This document shows, one piece after another, positions 8,824 to 17,706 of a stretch of DNA of 33,429 nt. The stretch comes from a virus. Made by a program: the position numbers and the translations under genes. The stretch is taken from the IMG/VR virus record IMGVR_UViG_3300028591_000058; one strand, given 5' to 3'. The notes beneath the pieces are model-generated. The model saw only the letters and a list, made by a program, of their open reading frames with translations. It did not search any database and was not told where the DNA came from. Position 1 is the stretch's first letter. Every line of letters begins with the position of its first letter.

Positions 8824-9491
8824 TGAAATATTATTGTGGTGGACGTGGTAGTAGTTCGTCAAGCGGTGGCGGTTTTGGTCGTGGTGGCGGATTAAATCCT
8901 AACAATATTGTGTCAACAACATCACTTATTTCGGGAAGAAATGGCGGTTATAGGGACGAAGTCGACCAAGTTTTAACAGTAGCAAGAGATATACAAGAGC
9001 AATACGGCGTAAATTTGGATTATGACATCGCTACATTAAAAGGAAAAGACGCACAGGGAACATTAGGTTATTATGACGGTAGCAATCTTGCTATAAATAA
9101 AAATTATCTTAATGTTGATAAGATGAATAAAACTTATGACGCAAGCGTTGAAAGTGGTTATCACCCTAGCAGAGGTAATAAGTCAGGTTTAGAAGCCGTG
9201 ACATCTCACGAAATGGGTCATAAATTGACAGACGAAATCGGTAAAAAAATGGGTTTAGGAAGTTGGCAATTAGAAAAAGCGTCAGATAGTATATTAAAGC
9301 AAGCAACTACTAAAGCAGGTTATAAGAAAAATGAAACCTTTAAATTAGCAAGTAAAATAAGCGGTTATGCAAAGTCAAGTAAAGCCGAAGCGTTAGCCGA
9401 AGCCTTTGCAGATGTTTATTGCAACGGTAGTAAAGCAAGCAAAGAAAGTAAAGCAGTAGTTGATGTTATGAATTCTTATTTTAAGAAATAA
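8823..9491 (+). CDS. Zincin metallopeptidase-like protein (anthrax lethal factor / M34-like catalytic motifs) with a Gly/Ser/Arg-rich N-terminus
   Basis: HEMGHKL plus the downstream SGYAKSSKAEALAEAFADVY parallels LF HEFGHAV ... SYGRTNEAEFFAEAF. N-terminus is GGRGSSSSSGGGFGRGGG. The ATG at 8823 (TAATG overlap, GGGGG RBS) is preferred over the track start at 8799. Confidence 0.55.
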   Translation: MKYYCGGRGSSSSSGGGFGRGGGLNPNNIVSTTSLISGRNGGYRDEVDQVLTVARDIQEQYGVNLDYDIATLKGKDAQGTLGYYDGSNLAINKNYLNVDKMNKTYDASVESGYHPSRGNKSGLEAVTSHEMGHKLTDEIGKKMGLGSWQLEKASDSILKQATTKAGYKKNETFKLASKISGYAKSSKAEALAEAFADVYCNGSKASKESKAVVDVMNSYFKK

Positions 9492-9509
9492 TGAAAGGGG
9501 AAAATTAAA

Positions 9510-9674
9510 ATGGCAAAGAAAATTAATTATAGCGAGCCAAAAGATTACATACCAAAGGAATTAAGAAAAAAATACGGTTTAGGCGAATTCGCTAACGAAG
9601 AAACACAAGACAAAAATAAAGAACAAAAAAATAAAGAAAACGAAGAATTAAGAAAAGTTTTCAAAGGTAAGTAA
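9510..9674 (+). CDS. Small Lys/Glu-rich hypothetical protein (54 aa, not in the ORF track)
   Basis: My translation: MAKKINYSEPKDYIPKELRKKYGLGEFANEETQDKNKEQKNKENEELRKVFKGK. A GGGG RBS lies 9 nt upstream and a terminator follows. Confidence 0.4.
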   Translation: MAKKINYSEPKDYIPKELRKKYGLGEFANEETQDKNKEQKNKENEELRKVFKGK

Positions 9675-9681
9675 TTTATAT

Positions 9682-9708
9682 AGGCGTGGATTTAAAACAC
9701 GCCTTTTG
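9682..9708 (+). terminator. Rho-independent terminator closing the accessory operon
   Basis: AGGCGTG (9682-9688) pairs with CACGCCT (9698-9704) around a 9-nt loop, followed by TTTTG. Confidence 0.7.
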
Positions 9709-9757
9709 TGTAGTATGCCAAATAAGAAAATGAAATGAAAATAAATGAGGTGATAAA

Positions 9758-10117
9758 ATGGCTAAATTAAGTTTACAAGAGCAGGCAACAGAGATTTTAA
9801 AGATTGCGGAAGAAAGCGGTGTGTCAAATAACTTTTTCTTTGTGACAACATTTAAACGTTATCAAGTTCAATTAAAGATGTTAAGTGAATTAGAAAAGAA
9901 TATGAATGAGGACGGAATGTTAGTCACTAAAGAATATGTGAAAGGAAGAAAGAATTTATATTCATCACCCGCAGTAAAAGATTACAATTCAACAACAGAT
10001 AGTGCTAACAGAACGGTTGCAACATTAATGAAAATTATTAAAGGTTTTGATAATACAGGCTCACAAGATAATGACGACCCTTTAATGATGATGATTAATG
10101 GTGGCGATAATGAATGA
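9758..10117 (+). CDS. terS: Terminase small subunit (P27 family-like)
   Basis: 119 aa. The pattern FFFVTTFKRYQVQLKMLSELEK ... SPAVKDYNSTTDSANRTVATLMKI is typical of P27-type TerS. Immediately precedes TerL with an ATGA overlap. Confidence 0.75.
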   Translation: MAKLSLQEQATEILKIAEESGVSNNFFFVTTFKRYQVQLKMLSELEKNMNEDGMLVTKEYVKGRKNLYSSPAVKDYNSTTDSANRTVATLMKIIKGFDNTGSQDNDDPLMMMINGGDNE

Positions 10118-11790
10118 TTAAAGCATACGAATATTGTTTAAATAGTATTGATAAAGAAACTACCCCTAAATACGTTAAATTGCAAATGCAAGAATTTATA
10201 AATGTATATGAGGGTAAGAACGAAAAATATATAATAAGTAAAGATAAAGTAAAGCAATTAGAAAACATCTTAAAAATTCTTATAATGCCAAAAGGATTAA
10301 AAGCAGGTCAAACACTTTATAATTGCACGACGGGGTATCAATGGTTATTCTATACGGCGATTTTATGCACTGTTTATAAAGACAATCCACAGAAGCGAAG
10401 ATATGAAACAGGTATATTAGAAATATGCAGAAAGAATTTTAAGACTTACACGATTGCTACACTGTTTATTATTTTATTTTTAAGTGAGCCACAATTTAGT
10501 AAGTTTTATAGTGTTGCACCTGACGGTAGTTTATCGAAAGAAATTAAAGGGGCAATAGAAGAAACAATTAAGTCAAGCCCTTTAGTTTATGAATATAAAG
10601 ATACTAAAAGATTTAGGATTACAAGAGATTATATTAGATTTAATCCAAAAGAAAGTTTATATACGCCGTTAGCATTTTCAATAAGTCGTATGGACGGTAA
10701 ATTGCCTGCCGTATTTTGTGCGGACGAAGTAGGGGCGTTAAATACTAATTACCCTATTGAAGCTATGCGAAGCGGTCAATTAAACATCTTAAATAAATTA
10801 GGTTTTATTATTTCGACTAAATACCCGACAATAGATAATCCATTTGAAGATGAAGTAAGTTATAGCAAAAAGGTATTAGACGGAATTCTTGAAGATGATA
10901 CAAGATTTTCATTGTTGTATGAGCCTGACAATCCTAAAAATTGGGAAAGCGACGATTTAGTATTACAACAATCAAACCCTGTGGCACTTGAAATACCTGA
11001 AATATGGGAAGATTTATTAAAGAAAAGAGCTTATGCAATAGCAGTTGAAAGTGCAAGAGAAAATTTCGTCACTAAACACTGTAATATTATTTATCAAGGA
11101 ACAGGAACAGAAAGTTATGTTGATGTCGCAGACGTTCAAAAGTGTAAAGTCACAAATATTGATTGGAACGGTCGAGTTGTTTATTTAGGTTTAGACTTAT
11201 CGGAAAGCAACGACAACACAAGTGTATCAATGGTTAGTGCAGATGATGACAATAATATTTTAGCCGAAAGTGTAGCATTTATACCTGACGGAAGAATAGA
11301 CGAAAAGAACGCTTTTGAAAAAATTGATTATCGAGAATTCATAAGAACAATGAAATGTATCGCTTGCGGTGATAGAGTAATTGATTATGCAGTAGTTGAA
11401 GATTTTATATTAAATATAGAAGCTAAATATGGCGTTCAAGTGCAGGCAATAGGCTATGACCGTTATAACGCATTGTCAACGGCTCAAAAGTTAGAAAGAG
11501 CAGGTTATAATATGGTGGAAGTAAGGCAACATTCAAGCGTCTTACACCCGCCGACAAAGTTATTAAAAGAATATATTTTAAATGGCAAGTTTGCATATAC
11601 AGAAAATAAATTATTAGAAATTAATTTTCAAAATGCACGTTGCACTTATGACACAAATAAAAATTTATATGTGACTAAAAAGAAATCTAAAGGAAAAGTT
11701 GATATGGTTGTATCGCTTATCAATGCAATATATTTATTACAACAAGATGTATTGTTAAATCAAATGGATTTCGTAGTTCAAGTATTATAG
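10114..11790 (+). CDS. terL: Terminase large subunit
   Basis: 558 aa. Has Terminase_1-like layout, including VFCADEVG (Walker B-like) and a C-terminal nuclease region (YLGLDLSESNDNTS ... GYDRYN ... KVDMVVSLINA). Position fits. Confidence 0.85.
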   Translation: MIKAYEYCLNSIDKETTPKYVKLQMQEFINVYEGKNEKYIISKDKVKQLENILKILIMPKGLKAGQTLYNCTTGYQWLFYTAILCTVYKDNPQKRRYETGILEICRKNFKTYTIATLFIILFLSEPQFSKFYSVAPDGSLSKEIKGAIEETIKSSPLVYEYKDTKRFRITRDYIRFNPKESLYTPLAFSISRMDGKLPAVFCADEVGALNTNYPIEAMRSGQLNILNKLGFIISTKYPTIDNPFEDEVSYSKKVLDGILEDDTRFSLLYEPDNPKNWESDDLVLQQSNPVALEIPEIWEDLLKKRAYAIAVESARENFVTKHCNIIYQGTGTESYVDVADVQKCKVTNIDWNGRVVYLGLDLSESNDNTSVSMVSADDDNNILAESVAFIPDGRIDEKNAFEKIDYREFIRTMKCIACGDRVIDYAVVEDFILNIEAKYGVQVQAIGYDRYNALSTAQKLERAGYNMVEVRQHSSVLHPPTKLLKEYILNGKFAYTENKLLEINFQNARCTYDTNKNLYVTKKKSKGKVDMVVSLINAIYLLQQDVLLNQMDFVVQVL

Positions 11791-11814
11791 ACAAGTTTAG
11801 GATTGTCTTTTTAT
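11789..11814 (+). terminator. Weak intrinsic terminator/attenuator after terL
   Basis: AGACAA (11789-11794) pairs with TTGTCT (11803-11808) around an 8-nt loop, followed by TTTTAT. Confidence 0.4.
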
Positions 11815-11884
11815 GAAAAAATATACGAATTTTTAAATATTATTACATTGTATAATGTAAGTGTAGTATGAGGGGGTGCGGGAA

Positions 11885-13126
11885 TTGGGCTTATTCAATA
11901 GAATATTTAAAAAGCGTGATACAAATACAAATGTCACACCGCCTATTGATGATGTCTTATTACAAGCATTAATAAATGGTGAAACTATTACACGTGAAAA
12001 AGCTATGACATTACCCGCCGTTGCGGGTGCAGTTGATTTTATTTCAAATATGATAGCTTGTATGCCTGTAAAATTATACAAATATAAACAGGGTAAAGTT
12101 GAAGAAGTAGAGGACGACACAAGAGTTAAATTATTAAATAATGATACGGGCGATACTTTAGACGCTTTTCAGTTTAAAAAAGCTATGGTAGAGGATTATT
12201 TAATGGGTAAAGGTGGTTATGCTTTTATCAGAAAAAATCGAAATGAAGTCACAGGTTTATTTTATGTTGAAAATATATATATAAGTTTTCTTAAAAATTA
12301 TAAACCGATATTTAAAGATTACACGATTTTAGTTGAGGGTCAACAATATTACCCGTTTGAATTCATTAAGCTATTAAGAAAGACACAAGACGGTGCAGAG
12401 GGTATTGGCTTATGTGATGAATTATCAAAGGCTTTAGAAACGGCGTATCAAACTTTATTATATCAATTAGGATTAGTAAAAAGCGGTGGAAACAAAAAAG
12501 GCTTTTTAAAAGCACAAAGAAAATTAGGTAAAGAAGAAATAGAAGAATTAAAAAAAGCGTGGAAAAATCTTTATGCTAACAATGAAACAAATACCATTGT
12601 ATTAAATAACGGATTAGAATTTCAAGAAGCGTCAAATAGTAGTGTAGAAATGCAGTTGAACGAAAGCAAGCATACATTACAAGAAGAAATAAATAATATA
12701 TTTCATATTCAAGCAGATTTTTACGAAACATTTAAACAAGCAATATACCCTATTGTAAAGGCGTTCGAAACGGCTTTAAATCGTGATTTATTACTTGAAA
12801 AAGAAAAGAAAAATTATTTCTTTACATTTGATGTAAAAGAAATTATCAAAGCAAATATTACAGAACGTTATCAGGCTTATAAATTAGCAAAAGAAGTTGG
12901 ATTGATGACAATTAATGAAATGAGAAAAGAAGAAAATATGAATTTCATTGAGGGATTAGATGTTATCAATGTTGGATTAGGTGCAGTATTATATGATACT
13001 AATAAGCACGAATATTATGTGCCTAATAAAAATGAAACATCAGGCGACCAAGAAGCAATCCAAAAAGTTTTAGTTGATAAAGAATTAGATACAGAATTCG
13101 AGCAATCAGGAAATCAAAGTTTATGA
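11885..13126 (+). CDS. Portal protein, HK97 family
   Basis: A TTG start at 11885 gives MGLFNRIFKKR, typical of these portals, 8 nt after the GAGGGGG RBS. The track GTG at 11876 overlaps that RBS. The protein has HK97-type portal length and lies after TerL. Confidence 0.85.
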   Translation: MGLFNRIFKKRDTNTNVTPPIDDVLLQALINGETITREKAMTLPAVAGAVDFISNMIACMPVKLYKYKQGKVEEVEDDTRVKLLNNDTGDTLDAFQFKKAMVEDYLMGKGGYAFIRKNRNEVTGLFYVENIYISFLKNYKPIFKDYTILVEGQQYYPFEFIKLLRKTQDGAEGIGLCDELSKALETAYQTLLYQLGLVKSGGNKKGFLKAQRKLGKEEIEELKKAWKNLYANNETNTIVLNNGLEFQEASNSSVEMQLNESKHTLQEEINNIFHIQADFYETFKQAIYPIVKAFETALNRDLLLEKEKKNYFFTFDVKEIIKANITERYQAYKLAKEVGLMTINEMRKEENMNFIEGLDVINVGLGAVLYDTNKHEYYVPNKNETSGDQEAIQKVLVDKELDTEFEQSGNQSL

Positions 13127-13138
13127 GGGGGTGAATAT

Positions 13139-13810
13139 ATGAATATTTTAATTAGAAGCGACCACGTCGAAATTTCGGGCTATGTAAACGCCGTAGAACG
13201 TCCTAGTAAAGTATTACACGATAGGTCAGGCGATTTCATAGAAACAATGAAAGAGGGTGCATTTAAAAAGGCACTAGCAAGAAATGACAATGTAAGAGTT
13301 TTATTAAATCACGATAGAAAACGTGATTTAGGCGGAACAAAAGACGGAAACCTAGAATTAGAAGAAGATAATATAGGTTTAAGAGCAAAAGCCAAAATCT
13401 ATGATAAAGATGTTATAGATAAAGCTAGAAAAGGCGATTTAGTCGGTTGGTCTTTTGGATTTACAGATAGAGATGTTGATAAATCTTATGATGAAAAAGG
13501 TTTATTGCATAGAGCAGTAAAGGATTTAGATTTAGAAGAAGTATCAATATTAGATAGAACACGAACACCTGCATATAAAGGCACGTTGATAATGGCACGT
13601 GATGATAAAAATATTTTATTAGGTGAAGAAGTGGAATTTGAAAATGTAGCAATCCAAGAAGAAACACCAAAGGAAGAAACACCAAAGGTTGAAGAAAGAC
13701 AAGAAGAACAAACAGAGCCTAAACAACAAGAAATTGTTGAAAAAAATATAGATTATTCTAAAGCAGAAGAAATTATAAAAGAGATTAGAGAATTGAAAGG
13801 GGAAAATTAA
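13139..13810 (+). CDS. Prohead maturation protease, HK97 family (S78)
   Basis: LLNHDRKRDLG ... GDLVGWSFGF motifs; acidic EETPKEETPK C-terminal tail; lies between portal and capsid. Confidence 0.8.
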   Translation: MNILIRSDHVEISGYVNAVERPSKVLHDRSGDFIETMKEGAFKKALARNDNVRVLLNHDRKRDLGGTKDGNLELEEDNIGLRAKAKIYDKDVIDKARKGDLVGWSFGFTDRDVDKSYDEKGLLHRAVKDLDLEEVSILDRTRTPAYKGTLIMARDDKNILLGEEVEFENVAIQEETPKEETPKVEERQEEQTEPKQQEIVEKNIDYSKAEEIIKEIRELKGEN

Positions 13811-13812
13811 TT

Positions 13813-14961
13813 ATGAATGAAAAAGAATTAATCGAAAAGCAAAATGACCTTATGACAAGAGCAGATGAAATTTTTAATAAGGCAAAAGAAGAAACAAGAG
13901 AATTAACACCTGACGAAATGCAAGAATTAGCAGAAATCAGAGATGATATTAGAAGAATTAAGGAAGCATTAGGTTTAGATAGAGAATTTAAGGATTTAAA
14001 GAAAAATGCTTGTGATACTAAAAAGAGAAGTGTTGAAGATGAAGCACAAGAAGAAAATGACGTTAAGGCATTTGAAAATTATGTTCGTGGTTATGTTGTT
14101 CACGAAAGAGCAGGCGAATTAACAAAGGCAAATAATGGTGCAGTAATCCCTACTACTATTGTAAATAGAATTATCAAGAAAGTATATGATATTTGTCCTA
14201 TTCTTGAAAAGTCAACTCATTACAATATTAAGGGTAATTTAGATTTACCATACTACCCTGCTTATGATGAAACATCAGAAACTACACCAAACATTACTGT
14301 TGCATACCAAACTGAATTTGTGGCTATGGCAAGCACAACAGGTAATTTTGGCTCAATCAATTTAACAGGCTTTTTAGCAGGTGCATTATCAAAGGTTTCA
14401 CGTTCATTAATCAATAACGCACAATTTGATATTGTAGGATTTATCGTTGATGAAATGGCTTATCAAATTTCAAGATTTATTGAGGGTGAATTATTAAACG
14501 GAACAGTTGGAAAAGTCACAGGTTTATCAACTTTAACTAATACAATGACAAGTGCAGAAACAACAGGCTTCAATGGTGACGATTTAATCGACGTTCAAGC
14601 AAAAGTAAAAGATGTTTACCAAAAGGACGCAATTTGGATTATGTCAGTTGCAACTAGAACATCATTAAGAAAGTTAAAGGACGATATGGGACGTTATTTA
14701 TTACAAGATGATATTTCATTACCATTTGGTAAATCTTTATTAGGTAAGCCTGTTTATGTATCAGATAATATGGCAAACGGCAAGATTTATTATGGCGATA
14801 TGTCAGGTCTTGCAACAAAGATTTCAGAAGATATTAATATCGAAGTTTTAAGAGAAAAATTTGCAGACGAACACGCATACGGCGTAATTGGTTGGTTTGA
14901 ATTTGATAGTAAAGTTCAAAACGAACAAAAGATTGCTTCTTTAACACTTAAAACTGAATAA
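13813..14961 (+). CDS. Major capsid protein, HK97 family, with an N-terminal coiled-coil delta domain
   Basis: 382 aa; N-terminal helical scaffold-like region, then an HK97-fold-length body; position after the protease. Confidence 0.85.
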   Translation: MNEKELIEKQNDLMTRADEIFNKAKEETRELTPDEMQELAEIRDDIRRIKEALGLDREFKDLKKNACDTKKRSVEDEAQEENDVKAFENYVRGYVVHERAGELTKANNGAVIPTTIVNRIIKKVYDICPILEKSTHYNIKGNLDLPYYPAYDETSETTPNITVAYQTEFVAMASTTGNFGSINLTGFLAGALSKVSRSLINNAQFDIVGFIVDEMAYQISRFIEGELLNGTVGKVTGLSTLTNTMTSAETTGFNGDDLIDVQAKVKDVYQKDAIWIMSVATRTSLRKLKDDMGRYLLQDDISLPFGKSLLGKPVYVSDNMANGKIYYGDMSGLATKISEDINIEVLREKFADEHAYGVIGWFEFDSKVQNEQKIASLTLKTE

Positions 14962-15007
14962 TATATTATTTGTTGTTTAGGCAAAATTCACCGAAAGGGG
15001 AATAATA

Positions 15008-15310
15008 ATGAATAATATTACTAAAATTAGTGAAATCACTTATCGAGATGTAGCGGAATACATCAGATTAAGCGAAGTCACACAAGACGACCAAAACACT
15101 TTAACTAATCTAATAAATATTTCCATTGATTATATTTCTAAATATACAGGCGTAGCAGTTGAAAACCTAGATAATTATAATGATATGGTTATCGTGGTTT
15201 TCATTCTATGCCAAGATATGTGGGACAATAGAACAATGTATGTTGATAACACTAACTTAAACAAAGTTGTTGAAACTATATTAGGTATGCACCAAATTAA
15301 TTTATTATGA
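15008..15310 (+). CDS. Head-tail connector protein (gp6-like)
   Basis: 100 aa; DVAEYIRLSE ... LINISIDYISKYTG pattern; position. Confidence 0.6.
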   Translation: MNNITKISEITYRDVAEYIRLSEVTQDDQNTLTNLINISIDYISKYTGVAVENLDNYNDMVIVVFILCQDMWDNRTMYVDNTNLNKVVETILGMHQINLL

Positions 15311-15660
15311 TTAATGCAGGTAAATACAAATATAAAATCTCTATCTATCAATTAGTAGAAACAAAAGATAGCGGGGGATTTCCTATTGTTAGTGAAAACT
15401 TAATATTAGAGCCTTACGCAAATGTTAAGACTACAAGAGGTTTTACATTAATTCAAAATGATAGTAATTTTGAAAAAGCCTATACTAACTTTACTATAAG
15501 ATACTCACAAACTGTTGAAAATGCTTATTATAACGCTTTAAATTCAAATCGTGATATGATTATCATTTTTAGAAAAAAACGTTATAAAATTGAGTATTTA
15601 AACAATATAGATGAAGAATGTGTAGAGCTAGAATTACAAGCAAAGGAAATTTTGAAATAA
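15307..15660 (+). CDS. Head closure / head-tail adaptor protein
   Basis: 117 aa; synteny in the HK97/SPP1-like neck module; ATGA overlap. Confidence 0.5.
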   Translation: MINAGKYKYKISIYQLVETKDSGGFPIVSENLILEPYANVKTTRGFTLIQNDSNFEKAYTNFTIRYSQTVENAYYNALNSNRDMIIIFRKKRYKIEYLNNIDEECVELELQAKEILK

Positions 15661-16115
15661 TGGCAAGATTTAAAATGGAATTGCCGACAGAATTAATCAA
15701 TCAATTTAAAGCACTTTCGGACAATTCGGAACAAATGATTGAAGAAATGACGGAAGCAGGGGCAAAAGTAGTTTATGACAATGTTGTAAGCAATATGCAA
15801 AGCTCATTTAAGGACGCTAACAAATTAAGACCATACTTAAAGATTACAAGAACATATAAAACGCCAAGTGATGACGGTATTAATACTAAAGTCGGATTTT
15901 ACGGTTATTATAAAGACAAGACATTTACAGTTCGCAACAAAAAGAATGGTGACATCTATTCTTATGTTGGCGTGCCTGTGCCTTTAATTGTAAGAGCAAG
16001 AGAATTCGGGTCAAGTAGTGGTGAAGCCAAGAAGCCGTTTTTTAGAAAATCATTTAATAAAAGTCAAATTGAAAGTGCTATGTTGCAAATTCAAAAAAAA
16101 TATATTAAGGATTAA
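15660..16115 (+). CDS. HK97 gp10-like neck/tail-attachment protein
   Basis: The ATG at 15660 (TAATG overlap) is preferred over the track start at 15618. MARFKMELPTELINQFKAL and synteny support the call. Confidence 0.5.
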   Translation: MARFKMELPTELINQFKALSDNSEQMIEEMTEAGAKVVYDNVVSNMQSSFKDANKLRPYLKITRTYKTPSDDGINTKVGFYGYYKDKTFTVRNKKNGDIYSYVGVPVPLIVRAREFGSSSGEAKKPFFRKSFNKSQIESAMLQIQKKYIKD

Positions 16116-16117
16116 AT

Positions 16118-16468
16118 ATGAATGAATTAATAGAACAAATTTTTAAAGATTTTCAAGTCAATGGTGTAGCAATCCCTGTATCATTTTTAAGGTATGGTGG
16201 TAAATCAACAACTTACATTACATATATGGAATGGGACAAATCAAATTCATATAGTGGTGATGATGAAATATTAGGTTATGTATCATATTATGATTTTGAT
16301 ATATTTTCAAAAGGGAATTATTTAGCAATAGTTGAAGCGGTCAAAGAATTAATGAAAAATAATGGCTTTACGTGGCAACCGACACGAGATAGCCAAGATA
16401 TGTTCGAAGATGATACAGGTTATTATCATAAGACATTATGTTTTGCAATAGAAAGGGGAAATGAATAA
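16118..16468 (+). CDS. Putative tail completion/terminator protein
   Basis: 116 aa; assigned by position only, immediately before the major tail protein. Confidence 0.4.
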   Translation: MNELIEQIFKDFQVNGVAIPVSFLRYGGKSTTYITYMEWDKSNSYSGDDEILGYVSYYDFDIFSKGNYLAIVEAVKELMKNNGFTWQPTRDSQDMFEDDTGYYHKTLCFAIERGNE

Positions 16469-17022
16469 TGGCAAAGATAGGTTTAAATAACTTTAGATAT
16501 GGTATTTTAACAGAAGCACAAGACGGAACACCAAGTTATGGCGGTGCTTTAACACCTGCAAAAGCTATTTCTTGCAACGTGTCAGTAAATAACAATGACG
16601 CAACATTATATGCAGATGATAGTTTAGCAGAAAGTGATACATCATTCAATAATGGAACAGTGACTATTGGTATTGATAAAACAGACAATACAACAATGGC
16701 GAATTTATTAGGTCATACTGTAAATGAAAGCCAAGAATTAGTAAGAAAGACAACAGATGTAGCACCATACGTTGGTTTAGGTCGTATTATTACTGAAATG
16801 GTAAACAATGTTTTACAATATAGAGTTGAAATATTATTTAAGTGTAAATTTAGTGAGCCAAGCCAAGAAGATAACACTAAAGGTGAAAGTGTTGAATTCA
16901 ATACTTTTGAATTAGAGGGAACAGTAAATGCTCTAGCAAATGGCGAATGGTCTAAATCTAAAACATTTACAACAAAAGCAGACGCAATCGCTTATTTAGA
17001 GGGCGTTTTTGCAGAACAATAA
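16468..17022 (+). CDS. Major tail protein, phi13 family-like
   Basis: MAKIGLNNFRYGILTEAQDGTPSYGGALTPAKAIS is typical of the phi13-type MTP N-terminus; followed by a strong terminator. Confidence 0.75.
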   Translation: MAKIGLNNFRYGILTEAQDGTPSYGGALTPAKAISCNVSVNNNDATLYADDSLAESDTSFNNGTVTIGIDKTDNTTMANLLGHTVNESQELVRKTTDVAPYVGLGRIITEMVNNVLQYRVEILFKCKFSEPSQEDNTKGESVEFNTFELEGTVNALANGEWSKSKTFTTKADAIAYLEGVFAEQ

Positions 17023-17038
17023 TAATAAATACACATTA

Positions 17039-17072
17039 AGGGGTGGGGTTTAATCCCTTACCCCTAATTTTT
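17039..17072 (+). terminator. Strong GC-rich intrinsic terminator after the major tail protein gene
   Basis: AGGGGTGGGG (17039-17048) pairs with CCTTACCCCT (17056-17065, including G-T wobbles) around a 7-nt loop, then AATTTTT. Confidence 0.7.
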
Positions 17073-17095
17073 ATAAAAAGAAAGGAAAATATATT

Positions 17096-17359
17096 ATGAG
17101 AAAATTTACAAAGAAAATTGAAGTTAAAGATATTACTAAAATGACAGATAATCAAATCAACAAATTAGAATGTGGCGATAAAGTAGTAAAGAATACTAAC
17201 GGTCAATATCATTGTTATACTGTATCTTACAAACAAAACGGTGTAGGTATTTGTTTAACTTATACAGACGCTTCTGTTGTTGAAACAGTATCTTATGATT
17301 ACACAGAGGGCGAATGGGTTTACAATTCAACAGATATTACACATATAGGACAAAATTAA
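17096..17359 (+). CDS. Hypothetical protein (first gene of the insert between MTP and the chaperones)
   Basis: 87 aa ORF with an AAAGGAAA RBS. Confidence 0.5.
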   Translation: MRKFTKKIEVKDITKMTDNQINKLECGDKVVKNTNGQYHCYTVSYKQNGVGICLTYTDASVVETVSYDYTEGEWVYNSTDITHIGQN

Positions 17360-17379
17360 AAAATTAGGGTGGTGAGTAT

Positions 17380-17706
17380 ATGAATTATAATTACACAATA
17401 GAAATAATAAGGGGTGATACTTGCCAAAAGAACGTATCAATTACAGGGGTGGAAACATCTTTAATAGATAGTGTATATTTTTCTTGCAGTGATTTAGAAA
17501 TTGATAAAGCACTTACTTATGACAGTGCAATCGGTAAGTGGATTTTTAGATTAGAGCCAAACGAAACATCAATTTTAAAGAAAATAACAAGTGATTTTGA
17601 TATAACAGTTAAATTTACAGATGATGACATTTCAACAGTAATATATCGTGGCACAATTAGGGTTTTACCAAAGAATAATAAAGTAGGTGATTTATCTAAT
17701 GAATAA
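17380..17706 (+). CDS. Small beta-rich protein, paralogue of 23617-23961
   Basis: IEIIRGDTCQKNVSITG..DSVYFSCSD..FRLEPNETS..RGTIRV aligns with LEMTKGDTLAFGIEIQD..ESAYFTCKN..VRIAPEDTK..KGILDI in the other ORF. Confidence 0.6.
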   Translation: MNYNYTIEIIRGDTCQKNVSITGVETSLIDSVYFSCSDLEIDKALTYDSAIGKWIFRLEPNETSILKKITSDFDITVKFTDDDISTVIYRGTIRVLPKNNKVGDLSNE

